Assembly (NCBI GenBank): GCA_973895155.1
Contig: OZ316891.1
Span: forward strand, 4,497,708 to 4,561,707
DNA length: 64,000 bases
Direction of reading: 5' to 3'
Origin: Marsupella aquatica
Taxonomy: Eukaryota; Plantae; Marchantiophyta
A model generated the notes under the pieces. The model saw nothing but the letters and a program-made list of their open reading frames with translations. It was not told the DNA's origin and did not search any database. Position numbers and translations under genes: made by a program. Below, piece after piece: positions 13,497 through 26,781 of the stretch; within the stretch, counting starts at the first letter, position 1, and every line of letters begins with the position of its first letter.

Positions 13497-16355
13497 CAAA
13501 AAGGTAATTCTGCAAAACAAGTACAAGTATTCTTCCCTGGCTATATACTTTCCTTATTGTAGGCCAATGGATTCACCCCTCTATCCTCCCATTGTACTTG
13601 CAAGTACATACCCCGACCTAATCTATTTGAACCTAATGTATTTGTCAATCCCAATCTCTCAATCTTCTCTAGATACAAAATTTACCCTTGCCCCAATGTA
13701 CAACTGGTTCTGTCTAGTTTTGAAGTTTCCAACTTCACGTTGGACACCAAATGCTGCAACACTCTCCCTTGAAGAAGGTCCACCTTCGATAGCTTGCTTT
13801 TGTTTCTTCCTGGTACTTGTGGCGTCGATCGGAACTATTACTTTCCCCTTGTCGACAGGAGTAATGGGGTCCGATCGGGCTCCGGTGTTTGCCTCAGAAA
13901 CTTCAGGTGTAGCATCCACTTTAGTATCTCCTATTCCTGCTGTATTAGACTTCCTCCCTCCTAAATTATCAATAGGTCCTAGTTAGAACAAGTAAATCCG
14001 GAGTATTGAAACAAGCTAGCGCCAAGCGCTAACCAAATAAAAATCACTTAGGTCTCAACAAAGGCCTAAGAATCTAGAAAGAAATGTGAATTCGAATGAC
14101 AGTTCTAGCCAGCGCCAGGCGCTGGCCAAACCATGGAACATTATACTCACTTTTCCTCCCAGATTTCATTGACTCGCTTGGTGCTGCTAACTCCGCTTTT
14201 GCTTTTGCTCGAGGTTTTCAACTTCGGTCCACATGAACAATAGTCATTTCACAGATACTTTGCAAGTCTGTCGCAGACTTGTCTACATCGTCTATCAGGC
14301 CCTGCTTCATGTCGGACACAATTTTTGCTGGTATGTGGGACTTTGAAAGCTTGTGGAATGCATCTTTCTCCCTTTGATCAAAAGGAGAATCCCATCTATC
14401 TGTATCTAGATACCATGGGCAGTGAGTTCTCTCCCATTCTGTCATAGGTCTCGGAGGAAATATGCCCTCCTCTGGGTACATGGAGTACAAATCAGCTATG
14501 GCGTCATCCTCACTTATTGTAATCCACTTCATGAAAGCTGCAGGATATGCCCAGAAGTAATCAGGTTTGGTTACCTCCATGTGCATGTAGAACCTGTAAA
14601 GATACCTTTTAGCCCGCTTCTGGTTTTTCTGGGTGTAGTCTTCTTTGTCTGGATACTTTGAAGGCACATCGTGTGAAAGAACTTACTCTTCACAGAATCA
14701 CCATATCTCTTGAATTCATTTGTAACAAACTGAACGAGATCATCAAACGAACCACAATTCCACTCTTCTAATCTAGTCGCGGGCATCGCCTGCTCTACTT
14801 CACGCAGACATGAATGTAACATGCCGACAGCAATTCCCTCTACACTATTCCAAGTGATCCAAGTATGACACCATTGTTTGACTGGGTCGTCGTTAACACT
14901 TGCCGGGTGGAAAAACTGTCTCCGCAGCTCAGGATTGCAATGTGCCACAAGTAGGGTGCTTTGCAACTTTGGGTCTAGGGCAGAAACAGCAGTGAACAAT
15001 CGAGCGCGGTCCATTGTACATACGACGGCGTCAGGCTTCTTCTCTCTCTTGTTTCTCTCTGTGACAACATACATTTATGCACATGTACTAAGAAAATCTT
15101 CAAATTCAGGACTTAACAAGGGCATAATTTTTGAGGACTTCATTGCCCAGTCTTTGGTTGCGTCCTTCATCATAGCCGCATGCGTTTGGAAATCTCGTCC
15201 ACCAACCAGGGACTCCCTTGAGCCTCGGCTGCCTCCATGTCAAGCTTGAATTGGTGAGAATATGACTTTATCTTATTCTCACATAGAATGTAAACAAGAG
15301 CTTCCTGTGGCATCTTCTTCGTATACCATGACCCCTTCCGAGTCTTTAGCCGAATGCTCTCAAACTTCTTGAAATTAGCTGGATCAATCAATTTACTGTA
15401 ATACTCAAGGTCATGCGCCAGAATTTGTTTGATTCTATCTGCATCAAGAATCCAGGATGGCTCAACAACGGCTTGGCCAAGCCTACACGAAGAGATGCAG
15501 CGAGTTAGAGTCGAAGTACAATTTATGTATAACCAGCGCCGAGCGCTCTTAAATAGAACACTCGCAAGATTCAAAGAAGGTATCGGAAAAGAATGAGAAC
15601 TTATTGATTCACGGTGTGCATATCTGCCTTATTTCAATAACAGATCCCTTGTCTCCCTTAAATATTGTGCAGAGCACTCGAGGATGGTATTTTGGATTGT
15701 CAGGGTTCTCCTCGGTAACAAGCGTCCATGAGTACAGCCTGTGATTTCCATCGAAGACAGAGAACATCTTATCCTTTAGCACGAGAAAATCTGGATCGGC
15801 CTCGCATTCTGCCTCAAACTTCTCGTTCTCCCATTGCCAAATTGGATCTCATGACTGACGAATTTCCTGGGTACAGGTCAGAACAATTCCATTCTCATCC
15901 GTTGGCTGCACATAGAAACGCATTCCTATGGAGGAATTGTAACCCATACTGCGAAACAAGTCTTTCAGCTTCTCGATGGAAGAGCTATCTTTCTGCAAAG
16001 TACAAACCACCTCCATGTGAACCAATCGGCATAGAGGGATTCGAGGCGGCTCCTTGTCAAATCCACAAGAATCCTTTCCGAAACACATGACATGTTTTGA
16101 GATGAGATCAGTCTCCGCGAGTGCGCAGACCAAAACATCTTGGATCGCAATTGTGTCGAGGTTCTCCATCTTTCTACGCAGAGATTTAGGAACCAAAACA
16201 GCGCTAACAGAAGTAGGAGGCAACAGCTTTGTGGAACGAGTTACACGACGTGTATAAACTGAACCAGTAAACGAAGACTGTGAGGATTCAAAATAAGCTC
16301 GCTCTTGGTCAGGAGCAGCACTATACCCTCTGGATGAAGAGGGGAATACCTCCAT
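13497..16355 (-). pseudogene. Large spliced ParB/Srx-like domain protein, degraded
   Basis: Reading through the stop at 15849 gives RIPLCRLVHMEVV...KMFSVFDGNHRLYSW (DGNHR near 15740-15753), the ParB-like signature. Collinear ORFs continue at 15170, 14571, 14218 and 13659. GTGAGT donor at 14150; further exons probably lie near 9.5-9.9 kb. Confidence 0.65.
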
Positions 16356-17481
16356 CGTCTTCCTTCCAGAAGCGTACAAACTATCGTACAATGAAATTAT
16401 GGAACTCTAATCAACTCTCAACGTGTAATATATTCTAGGAGGGTGGAGTTCAGCGGAACTCTTCAATTAAAGTGAGAAGCTCGTAAGTTTGGCGGATTCC
16501 AACGTATGTATGCAGAGAACTTAATTAGCAAAATCAAGCGGTAGAAGAAGCGTAACAAACACAAAACTCATAAGTTACCGTTAAATGTTACCGTTATGAC
16601 CCTGGGCCCTCACTATGTGTATATTAATGAAACCCACCTGTGAACGACCCCCTCTCCAAAACCCTTCAGTACTATTTTTTGTCCTTTTAAAAAACTCTTG
16701 TTAATATTAATAAATTATTTTTGGACCATTAATAAAGCCCTTTGGGCTATTATAATCATCACCAAAATATCATTAAATATGCCCTTCACGTATTATAAAA
16801 AAAATATGTCAAAGAGATTCTGAATTGGAAAAACTGAAATATACATATATCATTTTGAGAATAACATATACTTTATGTACACATTTCCTTGTACACATGC
16901 ATTTCCTCAGGAAAATAAGGAGACACATAAGAGTCAAAGATCATGCAAGTAAAGCTTATAGTTGGAACACTATCATCTATGAAAATTGTAAGAATACAAC
17001 ATTTGACATACTTAGTCCGATAGTTCCTGTAAATCTAAACCTACCCAAAACTTCTATTCACTTTTCACTAAAATGATAATTTTCACTAAAGCACGTAAAT
17101 AACTCTGGTTTAAAGCACTCTCTCAGATATCATGTTTGATATACTTCATCGGAAGTAACATGCTTAAACACCTTTGTCGACTTGACCTCCTCTTCCTTAG
17201 GGGGCCAAGTATGGCCATACATTTCTTAGTTGATCCTCTAGAAAATATAATCTTCTAGAAAATACCATAATGCTGCAACTGGTCAAAACAGTTTTGGGCC
17301 TGAACAACAATAAACCACATATTCATTAACATTTCATGGAATGACTCACGTTTGCTTAGAAACTGAACATTAGATAACATTCAAAACCAGATTCTAAACC
17401 TAGACATAATTTTCTACAATAAAATAACAAATCCATTTGAAAATTTACTTACCAAATATCACATTCAATCAATTTTGCTCT

Positions 17482-20400
17482 TTACAAAGTTTTCCAATGC
17501 AATTTGAATACTTTTGGATGCAAAGGATTGACTTCAAGGGTGACTGTTGATATCACACAGTCTAAATCAATCCATTGAGGATCACACACAGAGTACCTAA
17601 ATTTCTCCTTATTGTTACCAATTGGAGTAAACCAATTAAAGAACACTTTGCATGCAACTTCTGGACCAGGCCTATTAAGCAAGTCCACTAGTTCTCGTGA
17701 TCTTCCACTTGTGTTTCCATATTTCCGTTGAATAGTTTGAGCTCTTCCTATCCACCAAACATATTTCGGACTGTTGGTTACTGACACAACTAGAACTGGC
17801 AAACCACTAGGCCTCCTTGGCTTCTGTCTCCCATTCTATGTGGTCTCAATGCTTCTCGTCACTCTTCCCTGTGCTGTCTCATCCACAAAAAATACTCCAC
17901 AGTCGCTACCGACACTCATCATCATAGTTGGAGCACCCACTCGTACTTTTGGTTTATCTACCAAATTGTTGAAGTAAAGACTTTGCTTCACCCGTGTCAA
18001 ACGGTCCTTGCTAAGATGAGGGTTCCCTACCATTTGACTAACTAAAGTACTCTTATACATTATTCGACCCTCAAAACTCACAGTGGGAACAACTGTGACA
18101 CCAGACTCACCATACACCAAATCTGTGTGTATATCAGACATTACAGCATAACAGCTATCTCGAGCTATGTGTACATCAGGCACCCCATCTTCAAGCATCC
18201 CATCATGGAGGACTGAATTTGCCTCTTCAGCTGCTATAGTGGAGGATCCAGCTACTGTAAATGGACCTTCTGGAATAAGTTGTATATTTGCTATTTGTCT
18301 CGGGTTAGGTCTATCCACCAATGTTGCATCCTCATCCACCTCCAAGGATTCCACATTTATATCACACCATCCTCCATGGTGTGCACCTTTTGCCTCAATT
18401 TCCCATGGTGAATCCCACCATATAGTGTTTCTAGCAGATGTGGAAGGGTTCATTTGGGCCTGAGTAGCAACATCTTTGGCTAACAAAAAACCTTCTTGCA
18501 AAGCCCTCACGATATCTATATTAGTTTCAATTTCTGTATAGTCTGTTTGACTAAATTTTCTTGGAGACCCATGTGGTACTGGGTGGAGTTTCATCCAAAT
18601 ATTTCTGTGTTTTTTGTGAGTGTGACCAGCTCCCACTATTCCTTCACTCAGGTCCATTGCTGCCAACCGGTTCAAAGAGGTTGCACAATCAACCAACTCA
18701 GTCAGGTCATAACTTCGTTCATGACCATTCATGCCTCCCACTTTTGAAAAAAATTGTTCACAACTATCTGATCCAGTCAGATGTAGAGACACAGGCAACT
18801 CAGGAAAGTGGTTTCTGAATTGAATAATCAAAAGTGGCACAAAAAGCACAGACATTTGAATGTCAAGAAATGTTTGCATAGGGATGCAATTTTTCTTGAA
18901 ACTTATTGGCTGTGTATTACCACCTACAGAGTGATTCCCATGGAAACACCACATTCGCCAGAGTCTGAAAAAGAACCCCACTTTGCCACACAAAACAATC
19001 CTCTACCTCAAGCTCAAGCTTGTATTCAGGAAAATGTCAACATAATCAGCACATATTCCCAAATAAAGTTCTGAGCCAAGAGTCATCTCTTGTCTGACAT
19101 CTGGTCGATTTCGTAACATAAAGAGTGTATTGATGAGTTTTCGACTACAAAGTCGTTGGGCACTAGTCCAATTTTGCCTATCTGACCTTAGAACATCCTC
19201 ATGATTCATTGCATGATCTTTGACATCATACAATTCATACACATGGTTTATGTGACTAAAAGCAGCCACTTTAATTTGCCCCTAACTTCATCACTCTTTT
19301 GATTGAATCCAATGGATTTACAAGTTTCTTTCCATTGTGAATAAAATCTTGATCATGGAGCCCATAAGCATGAGAGATTTCTCCAACAGTGATCATGGAG
19401 TGGGTTAGTAATCATCCTTCCCACCTAAGATTTTGTCTAGGGCCTGGAACTCCTCTCCCAGTGTAGTCTTCTTCTTGAGTCCCCATCACTAGCATGACCC
19501 AACAGAGGTCCAACAGCCTCCAAGCAATGGGTGGCCCACATTGACTGCAATTCAATCCATTGTTCCTTGACATAATCAACAATAAATTGACCACATGTAC
19601 CAGTGCCCATGGCACAGAGACAAGGAAACTTGTCACACAAAGGATTTACCATAATGCACCTAGCTTGGTGCCCTACAACATTAGTGTCAAAGGCCTCTGT
19701 AATGTTATTGAAACCAGTTTCACCCTCACCCACTTTTATTGCCAAGCCAACACCACAAGTATGATTGTTTTTTTTCCCACAAAACCCAATAAGTGTATCA
19801 TCCTTAGGCTGCCACCTCACTATCTTTTTCACATAGGTTTCATCCTCTGCCAGATAGCAAGGAATAGGCCCACATATTCCAAGTCGACTCTTCAGTTTTG
19901 AGTAAACCTGAGCAATGAACTTGAATTGTGAGGCATGCATGCCAGCATGGAAGACAAACATGCCACGCTTGTTTCTTTGTAGAGTGTTCAAACTAGGACC
20001 CAAACCATTGTCTGAGACAATCTACTACCCATCTGCCACCATGTAGAAACAGTGCTTGGCATAGGAGCTTTGTTCCTTTCCTCCATCGGTGGCCTGCCTT
20101 GCTTCAATTCAAGTTAGAAGCAACATCTTGAAGCATATCCCATAATGCTTGCCTACCTCCAAAAGCCCCTTTCTTGTGTGCTTGAACAATGGAATTACAG
20201 AATTTCATTATGTCCTTCCTATTAATTGCCTCCTTACATATCTCTTTCAAAGATGGTTCTTTAGCTGTGAGCATCAGCAAACGGTGCTGAAACCTCCTTG
20301 CTAGTTTTCTCTCCTTCCTGATAATTCTACGATATTTCTTTGCTTGCTCTTGGACCTCCTCAGTTGTAAGGTAATCTATCCGCCTACCTTGACCTGTCCC

Positions 20401-20620
20401 TCTTTGACCTCTTTTCTCAACTGCACTTACCTCTCTGAACACCCGTAATCTAAAGTCTGTTAGACTAGGTATGGTGAAACAATGGTCACAAGTCAACTTT
20501 ATAAACCCACCACCAAGCCTTGATATTCTGGTACACGATTTATGTCTGAAGAGACCTTCAATGACACAAATTTCATCGATCTCCTCACACCACACTTTAG
20601 CCTTCACTAGGGGCTCTGAA
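17482..20620 (-). pseudogene. P-like transposase, catalytic and C-terminal part (frameshifted)
   Basis: Motifs in order: YLAEDET (D1), GHASDGDSRRR (D2), HDQDFIHNGKK (DxxH, near 19328-19360), SDRQNW, TGSDSCEQFFS (E). This matches the P/THAP9-type DDE layout. Confidence 0.8.
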
Positions 20621-23600
20621 CACTAGTAGAAATCATAGTATTTTATGACTGCAACAATGACTGCACAAATGGTCTTTTCATCAAATAAATGACGCATTCA
20701 TTTCTGTCTTTCCAGACGCGTTGCATTGGACATTTGCGTCATGATCCTATTGGACAAATGACGCAAAACTCTTGTGGTCATTTGTCATTGACCTAAATGA
20801 CACCAAAAAAATTGGTCCTAAACTCGGTCCTAAATGACGAACGGTCCAAAATGACGTGAGAAACTGCCATCAACAGTCTCCCACCGTTCACCGTCGACAG
20901 TCTCCGTTGCCAATAAAACAATGCCATGTGTCCCATTGCTCTGAATTTTTTATAGTCATTTTAGACATGTCCAAAATGACTCAAACTTGAACAAATGATT
21001 TTCAAACACATGGCATCCATCCCATTTGACATGTGGCAAGGCAAGTTTTGTCATTTCGGACTTGTCCTAAATGACAGTTTAGTAGGCAAATCATATCCTG
21101 CCACTTGGGTTAATTTGGGGTAGACACATGGATACTAGAATAGTCATTAAAGACATGTCCAAAATGATGTAATATGAACAAGTTGTAAGGTGACATTTGG
21201 CATGTCACATTATGTCATTCATGTCGTCATATTGGACTTAAAGGCATTATGTCCAGAATGACTATTTAGGGAGTCATTAGGTGGGTCATTGAGAACAAGT
21301 TATTCATGGAGGAAACATGTCATTTGGGACATCATTTCCTAAGTAAATGAGAACGTTGCAAGGGGTGACATCACAAACGTAGTCATACAAAACATTGCAA
21401 AAGTAGCAATTTTGGGCATTAGAATCTACTGCATTTCAGAAATTGAAAATCACTGCAAACTTCACTAGATGTCATTCATCCTAAAGCCATTCAACCCCAA
21501 GTGACACATGAAGGGAAGAACTCAAAGAAGAAAATCATAAGAGATAACAATGTGGTCATTGCGTGGAACACATATCATGCAAAGATAACGGCAAGTCATA
21601 GATACCTATTGGAGAATACAATCAATTCAATTTGTATAATTGTGTTACATCTTTGAAGAATACCTTCTAGAGAAAATAGCTGTAACTCAGAAAATAGAGG
21701 TCAAGGAACAAAAACAAAATCATATAGACCAGCCAGATAAAAACCTGCCAGATCCATTCAAACTCAATAATCTTATTCATGATGATTGAATGTCAGTAAT
21801 GCGGGAAGCACATCTTGAAGATGTTTCATCAATGTATCTACACCTACAATGGATATGAGGGCACTCTTGACCATGTGATGCTCTTCTCCAATGATTTAGC
21901 TTGTGGTGCTTGAACTCTGTCAAATTGTGCTATATATAAAGAGAGACTTCCCTGCTCACAAGAATTTGATCACGACAATGTGTACGATTGATGCAAAGGC
22001 AATCCTATATATGACACACAGAGAACCCAATATGTCCCAATATGTCTATGTTGTGAGACATTGCTCGCAATACATCTATACTATTAGACACAACTAAAAC
22101 AAAATTAATGACACTAGAAAACAACACTCCATTGATTGTGTATCGCGGGCATCGTTTGGGAGACAGGTACTTGTTACACATTGATCTCAAGAATTACCTG
22201 GCGACCAGTGTTCAACCTCCCATGTAGATTGCAAAACTTCTGCAGCTCTCTGTTGTCAGCCTTCTGTTGCACTTGTCAAAAAAGGGGGCCATTCCTCCAA
22301 CTCTATCTCACCCTAGCAGTAACAAAAATGCCAATTCCTGAAGACACATACCAACGATGCATTGGTAAGTCTTATTGTCATCAAGAACTAGCTAGCCACG
22401 TTAACAAGTAGAATATTGATATTCCCATCATGAATGAGATGATGTGTCATTCCAATCTTCAGGTCGAAGCATGTTTGAGGAGAGCACAGCTAACATTAAA
22501 ATTCTGAATAAGCATGCCAGATAACTGAGAAGTCCAATTTGCCTCTTGTCACAAAAGTTGAGCATGCAGGAACACTACTGACAACTTAATCACATTCATC
22601 TAGGTCCTAGTCATAGTGAGGATCTAGTACCAATCAGAAGTGCACAGCACAAGAAGTCACCCAACAAAGGGACCAGGACCCATAAATAAAGTTGGAGAAT
22701 TGAATGCACCTTTTCTAGGGTGACACAGGGACCAATGTACGTACTTAGTTTACTCACGTACTTTGACACATTCCATTCAAAAATACCGCTGCATATATGC
22801 CAGCAAGTTAGTAAAAAATAGCAATTTAAAACAAAACTTATCAAAGCATATCTCCTTGTCAGAATTTCACATAAAAAGCTGTTTCCTTCCTAGCTTTACA
22901 CTTTTACAGGCAAAGAACCAAGTCAACAGTCAAAGATGAAGTAATCATACTTGTTACTTGAGAGCTTCAAGATACTAGGAACTGTCTTTGTTCCAGTACT
23001 TATAATATATATTATGGGCTCTGAAATTCAGATCCTTTGACACTATCTACAACATAAATTCCAGTTTATATACTGTAGTTTGCACATATACATTAGGCCA
23101 ATCCGGGGGCCAATCCACAATTAAAACACGACTGTGAAAATAGCACAAGCAGGAAAACTTACTTGAAGAAGAACATGATTGATTCCAGCAACCAGCAAAG
23201 GTTTCATCCATCCTCGTTTCTTCTCATGGCTAAAATTCCCTGATTCATGGTGTACCCAGCAATACCCACCCACAATGTCAAACGAGATTTTGGCAGTGCA
23301 TATAATTATACCACCTGCCGACCATGGTCCAATATTCAATTACATATATAACAGAAGTCAGATAAATCTCATTCCAACCGAGCATTGGTCATATATATAC
23401 TTGAAGATGAGACTGGTAGGGTGAAATCTATTTCTTCTTATTAAACTGTGGGCCTTTCTACTTGCTGATTAATAAAAGCAGGATATAATTAGTTTACAAT
23501 ATCAATTTCATACAAAACCTCGATTTCATACAAAACCTCAAACGTCAAGGTCACTTGCAAAAATACTACCTCCAATTTATGTTAGGAACTTTACTGCTGA

Positions 23601-25191
23601 GATAGACAAGCATCTAGGTACAATTTGCAAAGTCAGATGTAATCAAGTTTGTCCCGGTCCTTGTCAAGAGAGAGCCTAGCACAGTAGCACGAATCGGACG
23701 TGTAACAGTGCAAAAAGTGAGGCAAAAAGTCACCCAGCAAAGGTACTAGGATGGATTATAAATATTGATTGGAGAAAGGAAAACACAATTTCTAGGGTCA
23801 CACAGGGACCCATGTTACCTTGTAGCCTCATGTCCTTTGACACATTCACTTTAAATATAGCACTGCCAGCAATACAGTACAGAGAAAAATATTAAATAGA
23901 GGACTTATGCATGCAAGTACACATGTGAGTCCTTGTCAGAATTCTGCATAAAAAGTTGTATCCTTCTTGTCTTTATAGGCAAAGCACCATGCAACAGTCA
24001 AAGATGAAGTTGGTTAATATACTCAAATCAAGCCTTAGCCATTCAGGAAGAATAACATGAACTGAAGATAGGGAAGGATGAAAAATTAAATTCACCCAGA
24101 ACTGAGTGAGCTCACGGTTACTATCCCAATTATTGAGAAGATCTCAGACTACGCCCTCACACTGGCTAGCTAGGCAGCTATTCAATTCCAATTTGCAATC
24201 CTCCTCTTGGATCTAGTCTCTACCCGAAAACTACAATCGGGACTATAATATAAGTTGTATAGATGCTCCAAAAAATTTACCATGGCTGCCGTGCATAGCT
24301 GGTCCCAAGAATATGTACACCATATTAACAAGCAAGCTAAGTATGTTCACAGCATGTACGTGGTTTGATATATGTAACTCCAACTAATCATTCATTTGCA
24401 AGGAAATGAGCGTTCAAGTGAGATTGGTATAATATTGGCTGCTTGAGCTTTTGAGATAGGTACAGCAGCAAAGGACTCAACACCAATTTGTTAATTGTAA
24501 GTCCTGCCAATCTTTCACAAATCGGATCCCTGGGATATCAAGAGATGTCTCTACAATATCAGTGGCCTGCAGAGAGAGAGTCGATCAGAAAAGATCTCAT
24601 GTAGCAAATAGAAATGGCGTTTGAAGCTTTGCCCTAAGAGGTTCAAGAGCTGTCATTATACTGTACTAACAAATCCTTCAATGAGCAGATTTTTAAGCTA
24701 CGACTTGCTCCTTATGTTTTGACTTGTCCACAAAAACTCTAGAAATCGCATTATTACTGAATCAGGAATTTATGGTTGCTAATATGCTGTACATGACTAA
24801 TGAAGGGAACCCCATTAACCCCACATTCAAGTCATCAATCCCGCTCCAACATGCAATATGTACAACATAACCAACAGAACGGAAAGGTTTATCACAGAAA
24901 TATTTATAATCATCAAAATTGATACCCTATACTACCTATTGTAACATTATTCTGTACTTTGGATTTACAAAAGCACCTGCAAAGGGAAAGTAGTCAGCCG
25001 ATCGATTGGTCAAGATTGAAGACCAATCTTAAAGTGAAAAAAAGGACCAATTGACAGGGTAAAGAACAAAAAGCTGCTCTGATCCACCAAATCCTAAGTT
25101 CATGATGATTATAACAGTAAAGGGCATTAAAAAATGACTGCGCCTGAGGAGAAGGACCCGTAAAGGCTTGAATGCAATCTAAGGTACATAC

Positions 25192-25311
25192 CAAAGCATT
25201 TGCGGCATGATCCTCTTCTCCAACAAGAACATCCCGAAGAATCTTGGCATTTTGGGTCGACTCTCCTCCTTTCAGATCATTGATGGTACAGGGAGGGATC
25301 CCAGAATCCAC
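25192..25311 (-). pseudogene. trpD: Isolated exon of anthranilate phosphoribosyltransferase (plant PAT1/TrpD-like)
   Basis: DSGIPPCTINDLKGGESTQNAKILRDVLVGEEDHAANAL followed by a GTATGT donor resembles plant PAT1 DFGIPRCTLEDLRGG..YNA.VLRRVLSGE..AIAD.L. No other trpD exons were recognised. Confidence 0.7.
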
Positions 25312-26781
25312 TTACATGATTGCCACCGGCCAAAATATAACCCAACATTGGCCAATATTGGGTGATCATTTCAAGGAATCATTGACGCTGCTATCCAGAC
25401 CAATTAAGTCCAATCCTGTATGCTTACAACTATCAGTAGAATATATGGTGCCTAGACAACAGGTAAATAACCTTGCATCTGTGCTTGCAACTCAGATAAA
25501 GTAAGACGGCTTGCTCATCTCAACACAGACACTGCAATGCAAAGCACAAATAACGTAATAAGATACATACTTGGAGGATATACTTGGAGGATGTCTCCAA
25601 TATTCACAATGAGTCCTCCTCTCTGTCACTTGCCTATCCAATGATTAATACCTGCAAACCGTACTTTTCCTTACTTAAACCGTTGGTATCGTATTACGGG
25701 GTCGTGGAGGGACGCTATTTGGAGGATTTCCACACCTAAGGATGAGTATGTTTGATTCCGCTCCCGGAAGTGTACTTTTTGATCAAGTCTACCGACTGGT
25801 CTCTCCGTTTTTGATCAAGTCCAAGGGACTGGTCCTACCATCTACAACTCATGCCCACCGGGTGAGTGCTGTCACCACCCCCCTCCTCTCTTGGGCAAGC
25901 ATACCAACATTTACAATAAGATTTGAACACTAGTGACAAGGATAAATGTTTCCACAATGACACCGACCACACGCACTAGGGGAGGAAAACAAACAACACA
26001 AGCAACAACAAGTGACACACAAAATATTGGAACCTCAAGCCAAATCCATATCTCTTGGTGTTTCCCGTAACACATGCAAGGACAACCCGGCCTCCTGCCG
26101 TCTGCCCAACTCCTGCCTCCCGGGGACAAGTGCTACGTTCTCCACCTCACTACTCTGGCTTGAACTTCTCCTAATCGGTGCGCTACTCACAAAAGCTACT
26201 CCAAAGCATCCAAGTACTATGCTGAGTTCCCCCCTAACTACTTCGGGGCTCTCCCCCTAAATACCGAAAAAACCACACCAAAGCACCCCTCATGGGGTCA
26301 CAACGATGGCGGCTACCCTAGCGGCGCCGCTAAAACCCTGCACTAAGAAATCCCTAAACTAAAAAGGCATGCGGCACACACATGCTGCTAAAACCCTAAA
26401 CCCTAAACAAGGGGCCGACGGTGCCTTCGACGGCGCCCCAACTGTACTCCGTGAACCCTGAAATTGCAAGGCACCCCACAATGGCTGAAACTAGGTGCCC
26501 TATCAACTGTACTTTTGAGCTCACCCTTGGATAGCCCTTCTCCTCCTGATCCCGAATCACTCAGCCGCACTCGCAACGGACATCGGACGCCTGAGTTATG
26601 GTCGTTTCCGTATCGCGAAAACACAATTTCGTCGGGCCATAACTTGCTCATCCTGGCTCCGTTTGAGGAGCGCCGCCTCTTGTTGGAATCAGCTCCGCGA
26701 GCTCTTTCCAACAAGCCGTGAGTGACCCCTCACAAAAAAGTTGGAAATCCAGAGGCCGTACAACCACATCCGTACGACTAT

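Noticed and set aside
25684-25695. TGGTATC as a tRNA-Met primer-binding site of a full LTR retrotransposon
   Set aside because: Only 7 nt match, there is no adjacent LTR end and no gag/pol or second LTR.
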